This document shows, piece by piece, positions 62,790 through 64,000 of a stretch of 64,000 bases of DNA. Both the position numbers and the translations under genes were made by a program. The notes below the pieces were generated by a model. That model had not been told where the DNA came from and did no database searches. It worked only from the letters and a program-made list of their open reading frames with translations. Numbering within the stretch: the first letter of the stretch is position 1; each line of letters opens with the position of its first letter. The stretch covers positions 115,012,001 to 115,076,000 of the forward strand of contig CM059431.1 in assembly GCA_030390025.1 (NCBI GenBank), read 5' to 3'. The stretch comes from Squalus acanthias (taxonomy: Eukaryota).

Positions 62790-63480
62790 CTATAATTCAT
62801 GTATTGGAAACGGATGCAAGGGCACGGTGACCCTTGCAAGTCGGCCCCAATCAATCCAGGCACCTGAAATGCTCTTTCAACATGTCTGGTGTGCTTGCTG
62901 ATGATTCTGGTGGATTAATGGATCTTGTTGTAGTACTGTTCAACTGCACTCCTGGGAAAGGATACAGGTATGATCAGCTATGGTTAGAGAATAGCCTTGA
63001 TCTCCAAGCATCCACCCTCAGAATTGTCTTTCTGTGGTAAAGAATGTAGACATGATGGAGTTTCTTAAAATAAAAGCATTGTGTGATCTCCCTTGGAAGT
63101 GAGCGTTCACTTGAATGATGGTCGCAAACGAGCTGCACATTGAGAAAGTGGAGTCCTCTCTTGTTGGTGCATATATGGGCACTGATCAAGTGAGTATTTA
63201 GGCTCATGTACTGCAATCTATGATTCCTCAGACTTCGGGGAATCCTGCTCCTCAACAAATTGGCAATGCTTGTCATGTTGGCAAGGTCACCCATGGGGAA
63301 GCTCAAGAGATCAATGCATCCATGACTTGCTTGTTGTATCTATACACAGCTATTTGGCCTGTCTTACAGAGGTCCCCAGTGGCAGCCTGGAATGAGCCCG
63401 CAGCACAGAAGCTAAGGGTGGGGGTTATGATCTCAACAGCGACTAGCAAAGTGGTGACTGCGGTGGAGGAGGCTTGCTTG
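62790..63480 (-). pseudogene. Decayed PIF/Harbinger DDE transposase (HARBI1-like family)
   Basis: Across frames on minus: LVAVEI..FCAAGSFQAATGDLC..KQVMDAL; AGFPEV*GIIDCS; NKRGLHFLNVQLVCDH; WMLGDQGYSL; LKEHFRCLD. These are the conserved Harbinger transposase motifs, with many stops and frameshifts. Confidence 0.85.
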
Positions 63481-64000
63481 CAGCATGTGGCAGAACTTGT
63501 TGACAGCTTCCTTTGGAAACCAAAGCCTCCACAGATAAAAGCAAGTAGGACCATTTCTGCCTGTAGCATGGGAATACTGATGGGCAGGGGGCCATGTATC
63601 TGTGATGCACTCTCAACAGCCTGGCCTCCCTCAGTTGCTTTAACTCTTCTTTTTTCAAGAAGCAAAGATCGGAGCAAATTCCCAATGTGTTGTGTCTGAA
63701 AAAGTGGAGAGGGGCAAATGGTTGTCCATTCGCAAATGACATATGGGCGGATAGCAACGTAGGTGGCAACAAAAGGTCCAAAAATAACCCAGTAATAAAT
63801 TTGGAATGTATAAGCTAGTTCCCTTGATATTCTCTTGCACCTTCAAAGTAGTGTCTAGCATCCGTGGATGCCAGTTTTATACTGGCATTACTATAATTCG
63901 GCATTAATAGGAGCTGATCGAAAATGCAAGATTTCACATCAGCATATCAGTAACATCTCAAGAAGAAGGCCCACCACTACTTTCTCAAGGGACAGGCAAT

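Noticed and set aside
63220..63699. 159-aa plus-strand ORF
   Set aside because: Antisense to the decayed Harbinger transposase; no independent features.

Overview
Vertebrate non-coding DNA, most likely a shark or other chondrichthyan, judged from DeuSINE/SacSINE1-like SINEs, HER1-like CR1 LINEs and dense Harbinger derivatives. I could not identify any host protein-coding exon; the window is dominated by transposable elements. Contents: (1) A near full-length CR1 LINE (37361-41826) with a zinc-finger/SGNH-esterase ORF1 and an APE-RT ORF2, inserted into an antisense LINE of another family. Its ORF1/ORF2 junction carries an in-phase T-TTA-AAC -1 slippery heptamer. (2) About 15 PIF/Harbinger-derived elements with GG...AAATT or GG...RATTT termini, many with 3-bp TSDs. 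One is a 3.2-kb element keeping a three-exon Myb/SANT + AT-hook gene with a deleted transposase core; another locus is a decayed transposase. (3) Penelope-type termini with minimal hammerhead-ribozyme motifs. (4) A probable CpG-rich solo LTR. (5) Many CR1 and L2 fragments and tRNA SINEs, often nested. Most ORFs in the supplied track are spurious or antisense to TE coding sequence. Family names come from recalled motifs, not database searches, and fragment boundaries are approximate.
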